Assembly (NCBI RefSeq): GCF_022045235.1
Contig: NW_027266264.1
Span: 30,070,001-30,134,000, forward strand
Origin: Haliotis cracherodii
Taxonomy: Eukaryota
DNA length: 64,000 nucleotides
Direction: 5' to 3'
Position 1 is the first letter of the stretch. Each line of letters opens with the position of its first letter. Below are positions 37,820 to 51,008 of this stretch, piece by piece. The notes below the pieces were generated by a model. The model ran no database searches, was not told the origin of the DNA, and saw nothing but the letters and a program-made list of their open reading frames with translations. The translations under genes were made by a program, and so were the position numbers.

Positions 37820-40800
37820 GATGGTAGTGTTCTGATGTATGTGATATCGCTCAATGGTAGAGTTCGGATGTAAGTGATATCACTCAATGGTAGCGTTCTG
37901 ATGTAAGTGATATCACTCAAAAGTAGAGTTCGGATGTAAGTGATATCACTCAATGGTAGCGTTCTGATGTGAGTGATATCACTCAACGGTAGAGTTCGGA
38001 TGTAAGTGATATCACTCAATGGTAGAGTTCTGATGTAAGTGATATCACTCAATGGTAGCGTTCTGATGTAAGTGATATCACTCAATGGTAGAGTTCTGAT
38101 GTAAGTGATATCACTCAGTGGTAGAGTTCGGATGTAAGTGATATCACTCAATGGTAGCGTTCTGATGTAAGTGATATCACTCAATGGTAGAGTTCTGATG
38201 TAAGTGATAGTAGTATGGTTGAGTTGTGATGTAAGTTATATATGTAGAATGGTCGAGTTCTGATATAAGAGATATCACTCAGAAGTATGGTAGAGTTTTG
38301 ATCTTTGTAAAATCACTCAATGGTAGAGTTCTGATGTAAGTGATAACAGTAGTACGGTAGAGTTCTGATGTAAGTGATAACAGTAGTACAGTAGAGTTCT
38401 GATGTAAGTGATAACAGTAGTACAGTAGAGTTCTGATGTAAGTGATAATAATAGTACAGTAGAGTTCTGATGTACGTGATAACAGTAGTACGGTAGAGTT
38501 CTGATGTAAGTGATAATAGTAGTACAGTAGAGTTCTGATGTAAGTGATAATAGTAGTACGGTAGAGTTCTGATGTAAGTGATAACAGTAGTACAGTAGAG
38601 TTCTGATGTAAGTGATAATAGTAGTACGGTAGAGTTCTGATGTAAGTGATAACAGTAGTACAGTAGAGTTCTGATGTAAGTGATAATAGTAGTACAGTAG
38701 AGTTCTGATGTAAGTGATAATAATAGTACAGTAGAGTTCTGATGTACGTGATAACAGTAGTACGGTAGAGTTCTGATGTAAGTGATAATAGTAGTACAGT
38801 AGAGTTCTGATGTAAGTGATAATAGTAGTACGGTAGAGTTCTGATGTAAGTGATAACAGTAGTACAGTAGAGTTCTGATGTAAGTGATAATAGTAGTACG
38901 GCAGAGTTCTGATGTAAGTGATAACAGTAGTACAGTAGAGTTCTGATGTAAGTGATAATAGTAGTACGGTAGAGTTCTGATGTAAGTGATAATAGTAGTA
39001 CGGTAAAGTTCTGATGTAAGTGATAACAGTAGTACAGTAGAGTTCTGATGTAAGTGATATCACTCAATGGTAGAGTTCTGATGTACGTGATAACAGTAGT
39101 ACCGTAGAGTTCTGATGTAAGTGATAACAGTAGTACGGTAGAGTTCTGATGTAAGTGATAATAGTAGTATGGTAGAGTTCTGATGTAAGTGATAACAGTA
39201 GTACAGTAGAGTTCTGATGTAAGTGATAATAGTAGTACGGTAGAGTTCTGATGTAAGTGATAATAGTAGTACGGTAGAGTTCTGATGTAAGTGATAATAA
39301 TAGTACAGTAGAGTTCTGATGTAAGTGATAACAGTAGTACGGTAGAGTTCTGATGTAAGTGATAACAGTAGTACGGTAGAGTTCTGATGTAAGTGATAAT
39401 AATAGTACAGTAGAGTTCTGATGTACGTGATAACAGTAGTACAGTAGAGTTCTGATGTAAGTGATAACAGTAGTACGGTAGAGTTCTGATGTAAGTGATA
39501 ATAATAGTACAGTAGAGTTCTGATGTAAGTGATAACAGTAGTACAGTAGAGTTCTGATGTAAGTGATAATAGTAGTACGGTAGAGTTCTGATGTAAGTGA
39601 TAACAGTAGTACAGTAGAGTTCTGATGTAAGTGATAATAGTAGTACGGTAGAGTTCTGATGTAAGTGATAATAGTAGTACAGTAGAGTTCTGATGTAAGT
39701 GATAACAGTAGTACAGTAGAGTTCTGATGTAAGTGATAATAGTAGTACGGTAGAGTTCTGATGTAAGTGATAACAGTAGTACAGTAGAGTTCTGATGTAA
39801 GTGATAATAGTAGAACGGTAGAGTTCTGATGTAAGTGATAACAGTAGTATGGTAGTGTTCTGATGTAAGTGATAATAGTAGTATGGTAGAGTTCTGATGT
39901 AAGTGATAATAGTAGTACGGTAGAGTTCTGATGTAAGTGATAATAGTAGTACGGTAGAGTTCTGATGTAAGTGATAACAGTAGTACAGTAGAGTTCTGAT
40001 GTAAGTGATAATAGTAGTACGGTAGAGTTCTGATGTAAGTGATAACAGTAGTACAGTAGAGTTCTGATGTAAGTGATAACAGTAGTACGGTAGAGTTCTG
40101 ATGTAAGTGATAATAGTAGTACGGTAGAGTTCTGATGTAAGTGATAATAGTAGTACGGTAGAGTTCTGATGTAAGTGATAATAATAGTACAGTAGAGTTC
40201 TGATGTAAGTGATAACAGTAGTACGGTAGAGTTCTGATGTAAGTGATAACAGTAGTACGGTAGAGTTCTGATGTAAGTGATAATAATAGTACAGTAGAGT
40301 TCTGATGTAAGTGCTATCAGTAGTATGGTAGAGTTCTGATGTAAGTGATATCACTGGTAGGGTAGAGTTCTGATGTAAGTGATAACAGTAGTACGGTAGA
40401 GTTCTGATGTAAGTGATAACAGTAGTACAGTAGAGTTCTGATGTAAGTGATAATAGTAGTACGGTAGAGTTCTGATGTAAGTGATAACAGTAGTACGGTA
40501 GAGTTCTGATGTAAGTGATAATAATAGTACAGTAGAGTTCTGATGTAAGTGCTATCAGTAGTATGGTAGAGTTCTGATGTAAGTGATATCACTGGTAGGG
40601 TAGAGTTCTGATGTAAGTGATATCACTCAATGGTAGAGTTCTGATGTACGTGATAACAGTAGTACAGTAGAGTTCTGATGTAAGTGATAACAGTAGTACG
40701 GTAGAGTTCTGATGTAAGTGATAATAGTAGTACGGTAGAGTTCTGATGTAAGTGATAATAATAGTACGGTAGAGTTCTGATGTAAGTGCTATCAGTAGTA

Positions 40801-40865
40801 TGGTAGAGTTCTGATGTAAGTGATATCACTGGTAGGGTAGAGTTCTGATGTAAGTGATATCACTT
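37820..40865. repeat. 33/34-bp minisatellite, ~90 copies
   Basis: Unit gtagagttctgatgtaagtgataacagtagtac(a/g), with a 33-bp variant containing atcactcaatg. Confidence 0.97.
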
Positions 40866-41109
40866 AAAGGTTTGGTTCTGATAAACGTACAAGCAACAAA
40901 ACCATTTCAATCATCATAAGAAATATCTGCCAAAAGCAAAGTCAGTTTGTCTAAGTGCACACATGCACTCGCACGCACAAGCACGCACCCATCCACGCGT
41001 GTGTCACATATATGGTGCATCATAGAATATTAGGAACATCTCCATCAAAGGTAAAGTAGCACAGAAGTGAATAAGGACAAAAGCATGCCAGCTGACTACA
41101 CTGACTAAC

Positions 41110-41278
41110 CTCAGTGAGTTGGGTGATGACTCCATCATAGGCCTTGAGCCACAGAACCTGAGCTGTTGATGGCATTTCTTGACTTGTGTTGTTGTATGTT
41201 CCTTCGTAGGAATCATTGCAGTAATCCTGGGTGCTCTGGCGACTCACGTTGGAAGATGACACTCTGCTGTTGACAGGG
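41110..41278 (-). CDS. unc-13: unc-13 exon with calmodulin-binding helix (SPVNSRVSSSNVSRQSTQDY...AQVLWLKAYDGVITQLTE)
   Basis: ttttcag acceptor, GAG|gttagt donor, 169 nt, phase 2 to 0. WLKAYDGVITQLTE parallels the Munc13-1 CaM site WLRAFNKVRMQLQE. Confidence 0.88.
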
Positions 41279-41316
41279 CTGAAAAGACATGTCAGCACAA
41301 TGTGAGGACAAGATAC

Positions 41317-43400
41317 TGTAGGCTATTGTAGAGGTCATAACAACACAGTAGACTATTGTAGAGGCCAGAACAACACAGTAGACTATTGTAGAGGTCATAA
41401 CAACACAGTAGACTATTGTAGAGGCCATAACAACACAGTAGACTATTGTAGAGGCCATTACAACACAGTAGACCATTGTAGATGCCATAACAACACAGAA
41501 GACTATTGTAGAGGCCATAACAACACAGTAGACTATTGTAGAGACCATAACAAAACAGCAGACTATTGTAGAGGCCTCCATAACAACACAGTAGACTATT
41601 GTAGAGGCCATAACAACACAGTATACTATTGTAGAGGCCTCCATAACAACACATTAGGCTATTGTAGATGCCATAACAACACAGTATACTATTGTAGAGG
41701 CCATAACAACACAGTAGACTATTGTAGAGGCCATAACAACACAGCAGACTATTGTAGAGGCCTCCATAACAACACAGTAGACTATTGTAGAGGCCAGAAC
41801 AACACAGTAGACTATTGTAGAGGCCATAACAACACAGTAGACTATTGTAGAGGCCATAACAACACAGTAGACTATTGTAGAGGCCAGAACAACACAGTAG
41901 ATTATTGTAGATGCCATAACAACACAGTAGACTATTGTAGAGGCCATTACAACACAGTAGACTATTGTAGAGGCCAGAACAACACAGCAGACTATTGTAG
42001 AGGCCAGAACAACACAGTAGACTATTGTAGAGGCCATTACAACACAGTAGAGTATTGTAGAGGCCAGAACAACACAGTAGACTATTGTAGAGGCCAGAAC
42101 AACACAGTAGACTATTGTAGAGGCCAGAACAACACAGTAGACTATTGTAGATACCATAACAACACAGTAGACTATTGTAGAGGCCATAACAACACAGTAG
42201 ACTATTGTAGAGGCCAGAACAACACAGTAGACTATCGTAGATGCCATAACAACACAGTATACTGATGTAGAGGTCATACAAATGCAGTAGGTTATTGTAG
42301 AGGTCATACAAACACAGTAGGCTATTGTAGAGGCCATAACAACACAGTAGACTATTGTAGAGGTCATACAAACACAGCAGACTATTGTAGAGGCCCTAAC
42401 AACACAGCAGACTATTGTAGAGGCCAGAACAACACAGCAGACTATTGAAGTGGCCAGAACAACACAGCAGACTATTGTAGAGGCCATAACAACACAGTAG
42501 ACTATTGTAGAGGCCAGAACAACACAGAAGACTATTGTAGATGCCATAACAACATAGAAGACTATTGTACAGGCCATAACAACACAGTAGACTATTGAAG
42601 AGGCCATAACAACACATTAGGCTATTGTAGATGCCATAACAACACAGTAGACTATTGTAGAGGCCATAACAACACAGTAGACTATTGTAGAGGCCATAAC
42701 AACACAGCAGACTATTGTAGAGGCCAGAACAACACAGCAGACTATTGTAGAAGCCTCCATTACAACACAGCAGACTATCGTAGAGGCCATAACAACACAG
42801 CAGACTATTGTAGAGGCCAGAACAACACAGCAGACTATTGTAGAGGCCTCCATAACAACACAGAAGACTATCGTAGATGCTATAACAACACAGTAGACTA
42901 TTGTAGATGCCATAACAACACAGAAGACTATTGTAGAGGCCAGAACAACACAGTAGACTATTGTAGAGGCCATAACAACACAGTATACTATTGTAGAGGC
43001 CATAACAACACATTAGACTATTGTAGAGGCCAGAACAACACAACAGACTATTGTAGAGGCCATAACAACACAGTAGATTATTGTAAAGGCCATAACAACA
43101 CAGTAGACTATTGTAGAGGCCATAACAACACAGTAGACTATTGTAGATGCCATAACAACACATTAGGCTATTGTAGAGGCCCTAACAACACAGTAGACTA
43201 TTGTAGAGGCCATAACAACACAGTAGACTATTGGAGAGGCCTCCATAAGAACACAGCAGACTATTGTAGATGCCATAACAACACAGTAGACTATTGTAGA
43301 GGCCCTAACAACACAGAAGACTATTGTAGAGGCCATAACAACACAGTATACTATTGTAGAGGCCCTAACAACACTGTAGACAGTGTATAGGCAATAACAA
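41317..43400. repeat. 30-bp minisatellite, ~68 copies
   Basis: Unit gactattgtagaggccataacaacacagta. Confidence 0.97.
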
Positions 43401-43979
43401 CATACTGTAGGATATTTAGGAGGCCAATACAACACATTGAGGAAAGATGTAGAGGCCATTTCAAGACAGTAGACTACATCATACTGTTGACCATTGTAGG
43501 GGTCATTAAGACATACTGCAGGCTATTGAACAGGCCATTACAACATGATGTGGAGTTAGGTGAGAGGAACAATCCTGTGACAAATGTGAACTACAAACCA
43601 CACAGACTACATGCCTAGTGACATTACCCATATCCATCAAGGAATAATTTCTGACCAATGTTTTTACAAACATGCATTTTCTACTAACCACAGTCCACAG
43701 TCACAACAATAACTGCAGGCACTTTTCGCTCCATTCCAAAATGTGGCTACCACAAGTTTTCCATACATATTTCCTGAATCTCAGTGAGAGCAAACTGAAG
43801 CCAGATGGAGAACAAATAATTTTCTGGTGTTATTACAATGACCTTTTAACATAATAATGTACAGATTTATGTGTAATTGCCAGGACTAATGGCAACAGGT
43901 TCCGGTCTAACACCAGGCAGTTGATATAAGCTCATAGATACATCATTCTGTCATTCTACATGTCAAGGTTTCAATTTGA

Positions 43980-44290
43980 AACACTGTGTATCTATGTTGG
44001 ATTTCTATATATAACACTGTGTATCTATGTTAGATTTCTATGTATAACATTATGTATCTATGTTGGATTTCTATATATAACACTGTGTATCTATGTTAGA
44101 TTTCTATGTATAACATTATGTATCTGTTAGATTTCTATATATAACACTGTGTATCTATGTAAGATTTCAATGTATAACACTATGTATCTATGTTAGATTT
44201 CTACATATAACACTGTGTATCTATGTTAGATTTCTATATATAACACTGTATCTATGTTAGATTTCTATATATAACACTGTGTATCTATGT
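43980..44290. repeat. ~33-bp AT-rich minisatellite
   Basis: Unit acactgtgtatctatgttagatttctatatata. Confidence 0.9.
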
Positions 44291-45309
44291 TATAGTCTGG
44301 AAGGTAATTGAAGGTACCGACGTTTACTACAACATCTGAAAAACTATTGGACCTACTCCAGTCAAAGTTGGTATGAGATTATTAAACAGTCATACATAAC
44401 TGGATATTACATTTAAAGACAGTCGGTTGATGAATAAAAAATCTGTCTATTTAGCTATCACTATATTGCATCAACAACCAGACCTGTTCGTCACAGGTGG
44501 AACGAGCATTCATTGAAACAGCCATCTGCATAATGCTACCCCTGCGTCACAGGGCCATATGACACAGTTGAACCAATCAACTCAACTCGAAAGGGTGCAC
44601 GGGAATCATGCACGTTGAGACGCCCAACCCCCCACACCACCCACCCGCGGCCGGCTACGTCACTGAGAATAATACATTTAATGCTACATAATAAATATGA
44701 CCTTGATATTTTCTTCAATAATGTCCTTGACATTCTCTTTCATGTGTCCATAATGTTGTCCTAGGTATCTACCCTAGAAAATGTTATATTGTCATATATA
44801 TTGTGTTGATATCAATTGTAAATATTTCTACAGCAGTCTTACTAAGTTTCCCAATGTGATCAAAGTACACCATTTGTTTACAAATTTGTGCCATTTTGGA
44901 ATTGTGTTAAAAATGAAGAATTCTTTTCATTTCATATACATATTCATCTTAACAAAGCCGGCATTAAGGAGTACTAGTATTACATTTAATGTTTATGTCA
45001 ACGTTTGCATTATACATGAGCTCAGCAGTATCTGGTAATGTAAAACTCAAAAAGACATTTTTATGAAACAAAATGTCAACCCTAGGGAATTGGTATCAAC
45101 ATAATTAACATCAACTTCAACTGAACTGTGTGTTTCCAAGCTGTCTTTGTTCAGCTGAAAGCTAAATGTCACCAACAGATCAGCCCTCTACTTAACATAA
45201 GTACCACACTGGCGGGGACAATTACACATGAATAACACTAATGACTACAAGCAGCTGGAAATGGCAAATTATATTTGCTTCACATTAGAAATGTTTAATG
45301 TAATATGCA

Positions 45310-45990
45310 TTGAATTTAATTCCAATAGTCACTGTGTATTTAATTGTATCCCAATAGTCACTGTGTATTGAATGGTATCCCAATAGTCACTGTGTATTTA
45401 ATTGTATCCCAATAGTCACTGGGTATTGAATTGTATCCCAATAGTCACTGGGTATTGAATTGTATCCCTATAGTCACTGTGTATTGAATTGTATCCCAAT
45501 AGTCCCTGGGTATTTAATTGTATCCCAATAGTCACTGGGTATTGAATTGAGTAACTATAGTCACTATGTATTGAATGGTATCCCAATAGTCACTGGGTAT
45601 TGAATCACAATAGTCACTGTATATTGAATCCCAATAGTCACTGTGTATTGAATTGTATCCCAATATTATAGTCACTGTGTATTGAATTGTATAACTATAG
45701 TCACTATGTATTGAATGGTATCCCAATAGTCACTGGGTATTGAATTGTATCCCAATAGTCACTGGGTATTGAATCCCAATAGTCACTGTATATTGAATCC
45801 CAATAGTCACTGTGTATTGAATTGTATCCCAATATTAAAGTCACTGTGTATTGAATTGTATCCCAATAGTCAATGTATTGAATTTAATTCCAATAGCCAC
45901 TGTGTATTAAATTGTATCCCAATAGCCATTATGTATTAAATTGTATCCCAATAGTCACTGTGTATTGAACTGTAACCCAATACAGTCAGT
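45310..45990. repeat. 29-bp minisatellite
   Basis: Unit aatagtcactgtgtattgaattgtatccc. Confidence 0.92.
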
Positions 45991-46614
45991 GAGTATTGCA
46001 ATATATTCCCAGCAAAGTACTTAATCTATCACATACAGTCTAATCTGACAGTACTAATCCCTATTACCCATCCACAAGCCAGTGTTCTGGAGTGCAGGTA
46101 AAGTGAACCGAAGCTGTAGCAAGATTAGCCATCTCCTGTTTAACCTTAATGTCAAATGATGATCGACTACCGTGTCTCCCTCGAGATTATCAACTGAGGT
46201 AGTCTGAAGAAAATAAACTATCATTTGTGACATACTGTGAACATTAAAACCATGTGTGCCATTTGGGTATTTGTTCTACATGGTCTTGCAGAGCGTGAAA
46301 CATACGTAAGTGCAACCTCTCCTCAGACAAGGGTCTTATTACAGTGTGTCACTATGGTCAGAACTTGATTCATCACTGCTGTGGGAGAATAAATATACAC
46401 TGAGAAACAACTAACTATAACTCAGACACAACTGTAGGCTTATGTCCATAACACAATCCCACGGAGTCCAATAAAATCTGTATACACTGCAGGTAATACA
46501 GGTCACGGTACTGTACATGTGCTCTGTGCAAAGTGGGACATCTGGCTGGGGGCTCATGTCTAATTATGTGGTATAATATTTTAACCTAATCCCAACATCT
46601 CACATACCAAACCA

Positions 46615-47200
46615 TAATCTTTGGGCCTCATTTACTAAACTATGATCTTAGGGCCTCACTTTAATACTAAGATGTAAATGTTGGGCCTCATTTACTAAGC
46701 TGTAATCTTAGTGCCTCACTTCAATACTAAGATGTAATCCCTGGGCCTCACTTACTAGGCTATAATCTTTGGGCCTCATTTACTAAGCTATAATCTTAGT
46801 GCCACAGTTCAATACTAAGATGTAATCCTTGGGCCTCATTTACTAAGCTATAATCTTAGTGCCTCAGTTCAATACTAAGATGTAATCTTTGGGCCTCACT
46901 TACTAAGCTGTAATCTTAGTGCCTCACTTTAATACTAAGATGTAATCCTTGGGCTTCACTTACTGAGCTGTAATCTTAGTGCCTCACTTTAATTACTAAG
47001 ACGTAATCCTTGGGTCTCACTTACTAAGCTATAATCTTAGGGCCTCACTTACTAAGTTATAATCTTAGTGCCTCACTTTAATACTAAGATGTAATCCTTG
47101 CGCCTCACTTACTAGGTAAACCCTAGGTCATCACTTTGATACTAAGATGTAATCCTTGCGCCTCACATACTAGGTAAACCCTAGGTCATCACTTTAATAC
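46615..47200. repeat. ~30-bp dimeric minisatellite
   Basis: Alternating gggcctcatttactaagctataatcttagt and gcctcactttaatactaagatgtaatcctt. Confidence 0.85.
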
Positions 47201-47664
47201 TCTGATACATTCCGTGGGTCTTAGTAACAATCACACCACCTCACTAACTGGCTACATACATGGCTTCACTGTAATACTCAGATATATTTTTACATATATG
47301 TCTCAGTTTAGTACTAACACTAGCTAGACTCTCAGTTTAACAGAAAGATATCCTTTCCATGGCCAAAACGCATTTATACATAATGATTTTACGGTTTCAA
47401 AATGCTGATATATTTTTTTCGGGAGAAAGACCAATCCAGGATTAAATGAAATGAAATATGAGTTTACAAAACACCTGATCCTTTTCTAACTGCTGTACTG
47501 GACATTCATTCATGAAACATTTTGTTCAAATTGTTCTGTTTAATCCCAAATTGTTTCTCTCTCGAAAAAACATACCAGCGTTTTGAAAACCACATTTTCA
47601 TAATGTGCAAATACGACCAGGTTGTTCTCTCGAGAAAATATCCTGGCTGTGCCAAGGATATAAT

Positions 47665-49803
47665 TGTAGGGCCTCATTGTAATAGCCAGCTAAAGTCTAG
47701 GGCCTTGTTGTAATAGCCAGCTAAAGTCTAGGGCCTCATTGTAATACCCAGCTAAAGTCTTGGGCCTCATTGTAATACCCAGCTAAAGCCTAGAGTCTCA
47801 TGACGTAATACCCAGCTAAAGTCTAGGGCCTCATTGTAATACCCAGCTAATGTCTAGGGCCTCATGGTAATACCCAGCTAAAGTCTAGGGCCTCATTGTA
47901 ATACCCAGCTAAAGTCTAGGGCCTCATGGTAATACCCAGCTAAAGTCTAGGGCCTCATGGTATACCCAGGTAAAGTCTAGGGCCTCATGGTAATACCCAG
48001 GTTAAGTCTAGGGCCTCATTGTAATACCCAGCTAAAGTCTAGGGCCTCATGGTAATACCCAGCTTAAGTCTAGGGCCTCATGGTAATACCCAGCTTAAGT
48101 CTAGGGCCTCATTGTAATACCCAGCTAAAGTCTAGGGCCTCATGGTAATACCCAGCTAAAGTCTAGGGCTTCATTGTAATACCCAGCTAAAGTCTAGGGC
48201 CTCATAATGTAATACCCAGCTAAAGTCTAGGGCCTCATTGTAATACCCAGCTAAAGTCTAGGGCCTCATGGTAATACCCAGCTTAAGTCTAGGGCCTCAT
48301 GGTAATACCCAGCTTAAGTCTAGGGCCTCATTGTAATACCCAGCTAAAGTCTAGGGCCTCATGGTAATACCCAGCTAAAGTCTAGGGCCTCATTGTAATA
48401 CCCAGCTAAAGTCTAGGGCCTCATAATGTAATACCCAGCTAAAGTCTAGGGCCTCATTGTAATACCCAGCTAAAGTCTAGGGCCTCATGGTAATACCCAG
48501 CTTAAGTCTAGGGCCTCATGGTAATACCCAGCTTAAGTCTAGGGCCTCATTGTAATACCCAGCTAAAGTCTAGGGCCTCATGGTAATACCCAGCTAAAGT
48601 CTAGGGCCTCATTGTAATACCCAGCTAAAGTCTAGGGCCTCATAATGTAATACCCAGCTAAAGTCTAGGGCCTCATTGTAATACCCAGCTAAAGTCTAGG
48701 GCCTCATTGTAATACCCAGGTAACGTCTAGGGCCTCATTGTAATACCCAGGTTAAGTCTAGAGTCTCATAATGTAATACCCAGCTAAAGTCTAGGGCCTT
48801 GTTGTAATACCCAGCTAAAGTCTTGGGCCTCATTGTAATACCCAGCTAAAGTCTAGGGCCTCATGGTAATACCCAGCTAAAGTCTAGGGCCTCATAATGT
48901 AATACCCAGCTAAAGTCTAGGGCCTCATTGTAATACCCAGCTAAAGTCTAGGGCCTCATGGTAATACCCAGCTTAAGTCTAGGGCCTCATGGTAATACCC
49001 AGCTTAAGTCTAGGGCCTCATTGTAATACCCAGCTAAAGTCTAGGGCCTCATGGTAATACCCAGCTAAAGTCTAGGGCCTCATTGTAATACCCAGCTAAA
49101 GTCTAGGGCCTCATAATGTAATACCCAGCTAAAGTCTAGGGCCTCATTGTAATACCCAGCTAAAGTCTAGGGCCTCATTGTAATACCCAGGTAACGTCTA
49201 GGGCCTCATTGTAATACCCAGGTTAAGTCTAGAGTCTCATAATGTAATACCCAGCTAAAGTCTAGGGCCTTGTTGTAATACCCAGCTAAAGTCTTGGGCC
49301 TCATTGTAATACCCAGCTAAAGTCTAGGGCCTCATGGTAATACCCAGCTAAAGTCTAGGGCCTCATTGTAATACCCAGGTAACGTCTAGGGCCTCATTGT
49401 AATACCCAGGTTAAGTCTAGAGTCTCATAATGTAATACCCAGCTAAAGTCTAGGGCCTTGTTGTAATACCCAGCTAAAGTCTTGGGCCTCATTGTAATAC
49501 CCAGCTAAAGCCTAGAGTCTCATAATGTAATACCCAGCTAAAGTCTAGGGCCTTGTTGTAATACCCAGCTAAAGTCTAGGGCGTCATTGTAATACCCAGC
49601 TAAAGTCTGGGGCCTCATTGTAATACCCAGCTAAAGTCTAGGGCCTCATTGTAATACCCAGCTAAAGTCTAGGGCCTCATTGTAATACCCAGCTAAAGTC
49701 TGGGGCCTCATTGTAATACCCAGCTAAAGTCTAGGGCCTCATTGTAATACCCAGCTTAAGTCTAGGGCCTCATTGTAATACCCAGCTTAAGTCTAGGGCC
49801 TCA
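47665..49803. repeat. 31-bp minisatellite with higher-order structure
   Basis: Unit gggcctcattgtaatacccagctaaagtcta. Confidence 0.97.
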
Positions 49804-49811
49804 CTACTGAC

Positions 49812-49871
49812 CTGTAATCCTGGGTGCTCTGTCGGCTCATGTTCATGGAAGAGTTACGACTCATGGCTGGG
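49812..49871 (-). CDS. unc-13: unc-13 60-nt symmetric exon SPAMSRNSSMNMSRQSTQDY, paralogous to the 5' part of the CaM exon
   Basis: cttctttttcag acceptor, CAG|gtcagt donor, phase 2 to 2, open frame. Shares CAGAGCACCCAGGATTAC with exon 41110-41278. Confidence 0.8.
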
Positions 49872-50374
49872 CTGAAAAAGAAGCGTGACTGTGTAGAAAC
49901 TAGGTGACCACAGTCAGAAATATTATCTGGAAACACAAGTGGGTGTTAGCATAAACAATGATCCCAGCAGTTACGGTACAATGACACACAGTTTGTCAGA
50001 TCATAATACTGACAACCTCTACTCCCGGTGGTAGTCAGGTCCGGTGTCCAGCATGGGTAAAGGGGACTTGTTTGCCCCAGCTTCCCTGTGGAAAATTAAA
50101 TATGAGTAGAAACTCACTACTTCTAGTTTCAAAAAGTAAAGAAAATGTGTTCACATTATGCAAATGGTAAGCTTAAATATACTACCTGTGAAGTCTATGA
50201 AAAGGTGCACAAAGATAAAAAAAAGTGAAAAAATATTGGCAAAACGTTTCTCGGACCGCAAGTTGTTTAACAAACCCTAGCTTAACTGTTGTAATCTATT
50301 CATTTAAGAGTTTATCAAACTAAATCAACTTAAGTATTCCCCTTATGAGTGACCCTGTAGCCACTCTGAAGAAG

Positions 50375-50538
50375 TGTGTGAGTGAATATGATTTAACGCC
50401 GCTTTTAGCAATATTCCAGCAATATCACAGTGGGGGGACACCAGAAATGGGCTTCACACATTGTACCCATGTCGGGAATCGAACTCAGGTCTTCTGCGTG
50501 ACGAGCGAACGCTTAACCACTAGGCTACCCGACTGCCC
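50375..50538 (-). mobile_element. tRNA-derived SINE family B, full length
   Basis: Head ggggcagtcgggtagcctagtggttaagcg...gttcgattccc. 14-bp TSD ccactctgaagaag (50361-50374 and 50539-50552). Confidence 0.9.
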
Positions 50539-50756
50539 CCACTCTGAAGAAGATTTCGTTAATACTTCATCTGAATGTCAGAAAAAGGCCCAATAGCAGT
50601 TGCACCCGTACACACTTTAGAGAAACCTATCAAAGATCATATTCATGGCTAAAGTGGGATAAAAACCCATTGGTGTGTGTATGTTTGCGGGGGGGGGGGC
50701 AACTCTTGATACAATTAGAAAAGTGACTGCTACTTGTGCACTCATATATCGTGTTT

Positions 50757-50938
50757 CTTTGTTGTTTAATATCGCACTCAGAAATATTCTAGCGATTTGA
50801 CGACAATCTGTATCGAGTCTGGACCAGACAATCCAGTGAATGACATTATGAGCATCGATCAACGCAATTGGGATACGATGACATACATCAACCAAGGATG
50901 ACCACCCGATCCTGTGAGTCGCCTCTTACTACAAGCAT
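50757..50938 (-). mobile_element. family C copy
   Basis: gagtctggaccagacaatccagtga...cgcaattgggatacgatgacatacatcaaccaag. Confidence 0.75.
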
Positions 50939-51008
50939 CTCATATATCTAATATGAAAAGTTTAAAATGTGGAGCTAACTTCACTACCATAATGCCCAAG
51001 CACACTGA

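Noticed and set aside
38279-40354. 691-aa ORF and overlapping ORFs
   Set aside because: Read-through of a 34-bp satellite with no stops on that strand. It cycles through all three frames of one unit.
41292-43459. Cys/Tyr-rich ORFs (GLYNSLLCCY)n resembling keratin-associated or shell proteins
   Set aside because: 30-bp satellite translation; two frames are open simultaneously, and indels break them arbitrarily.
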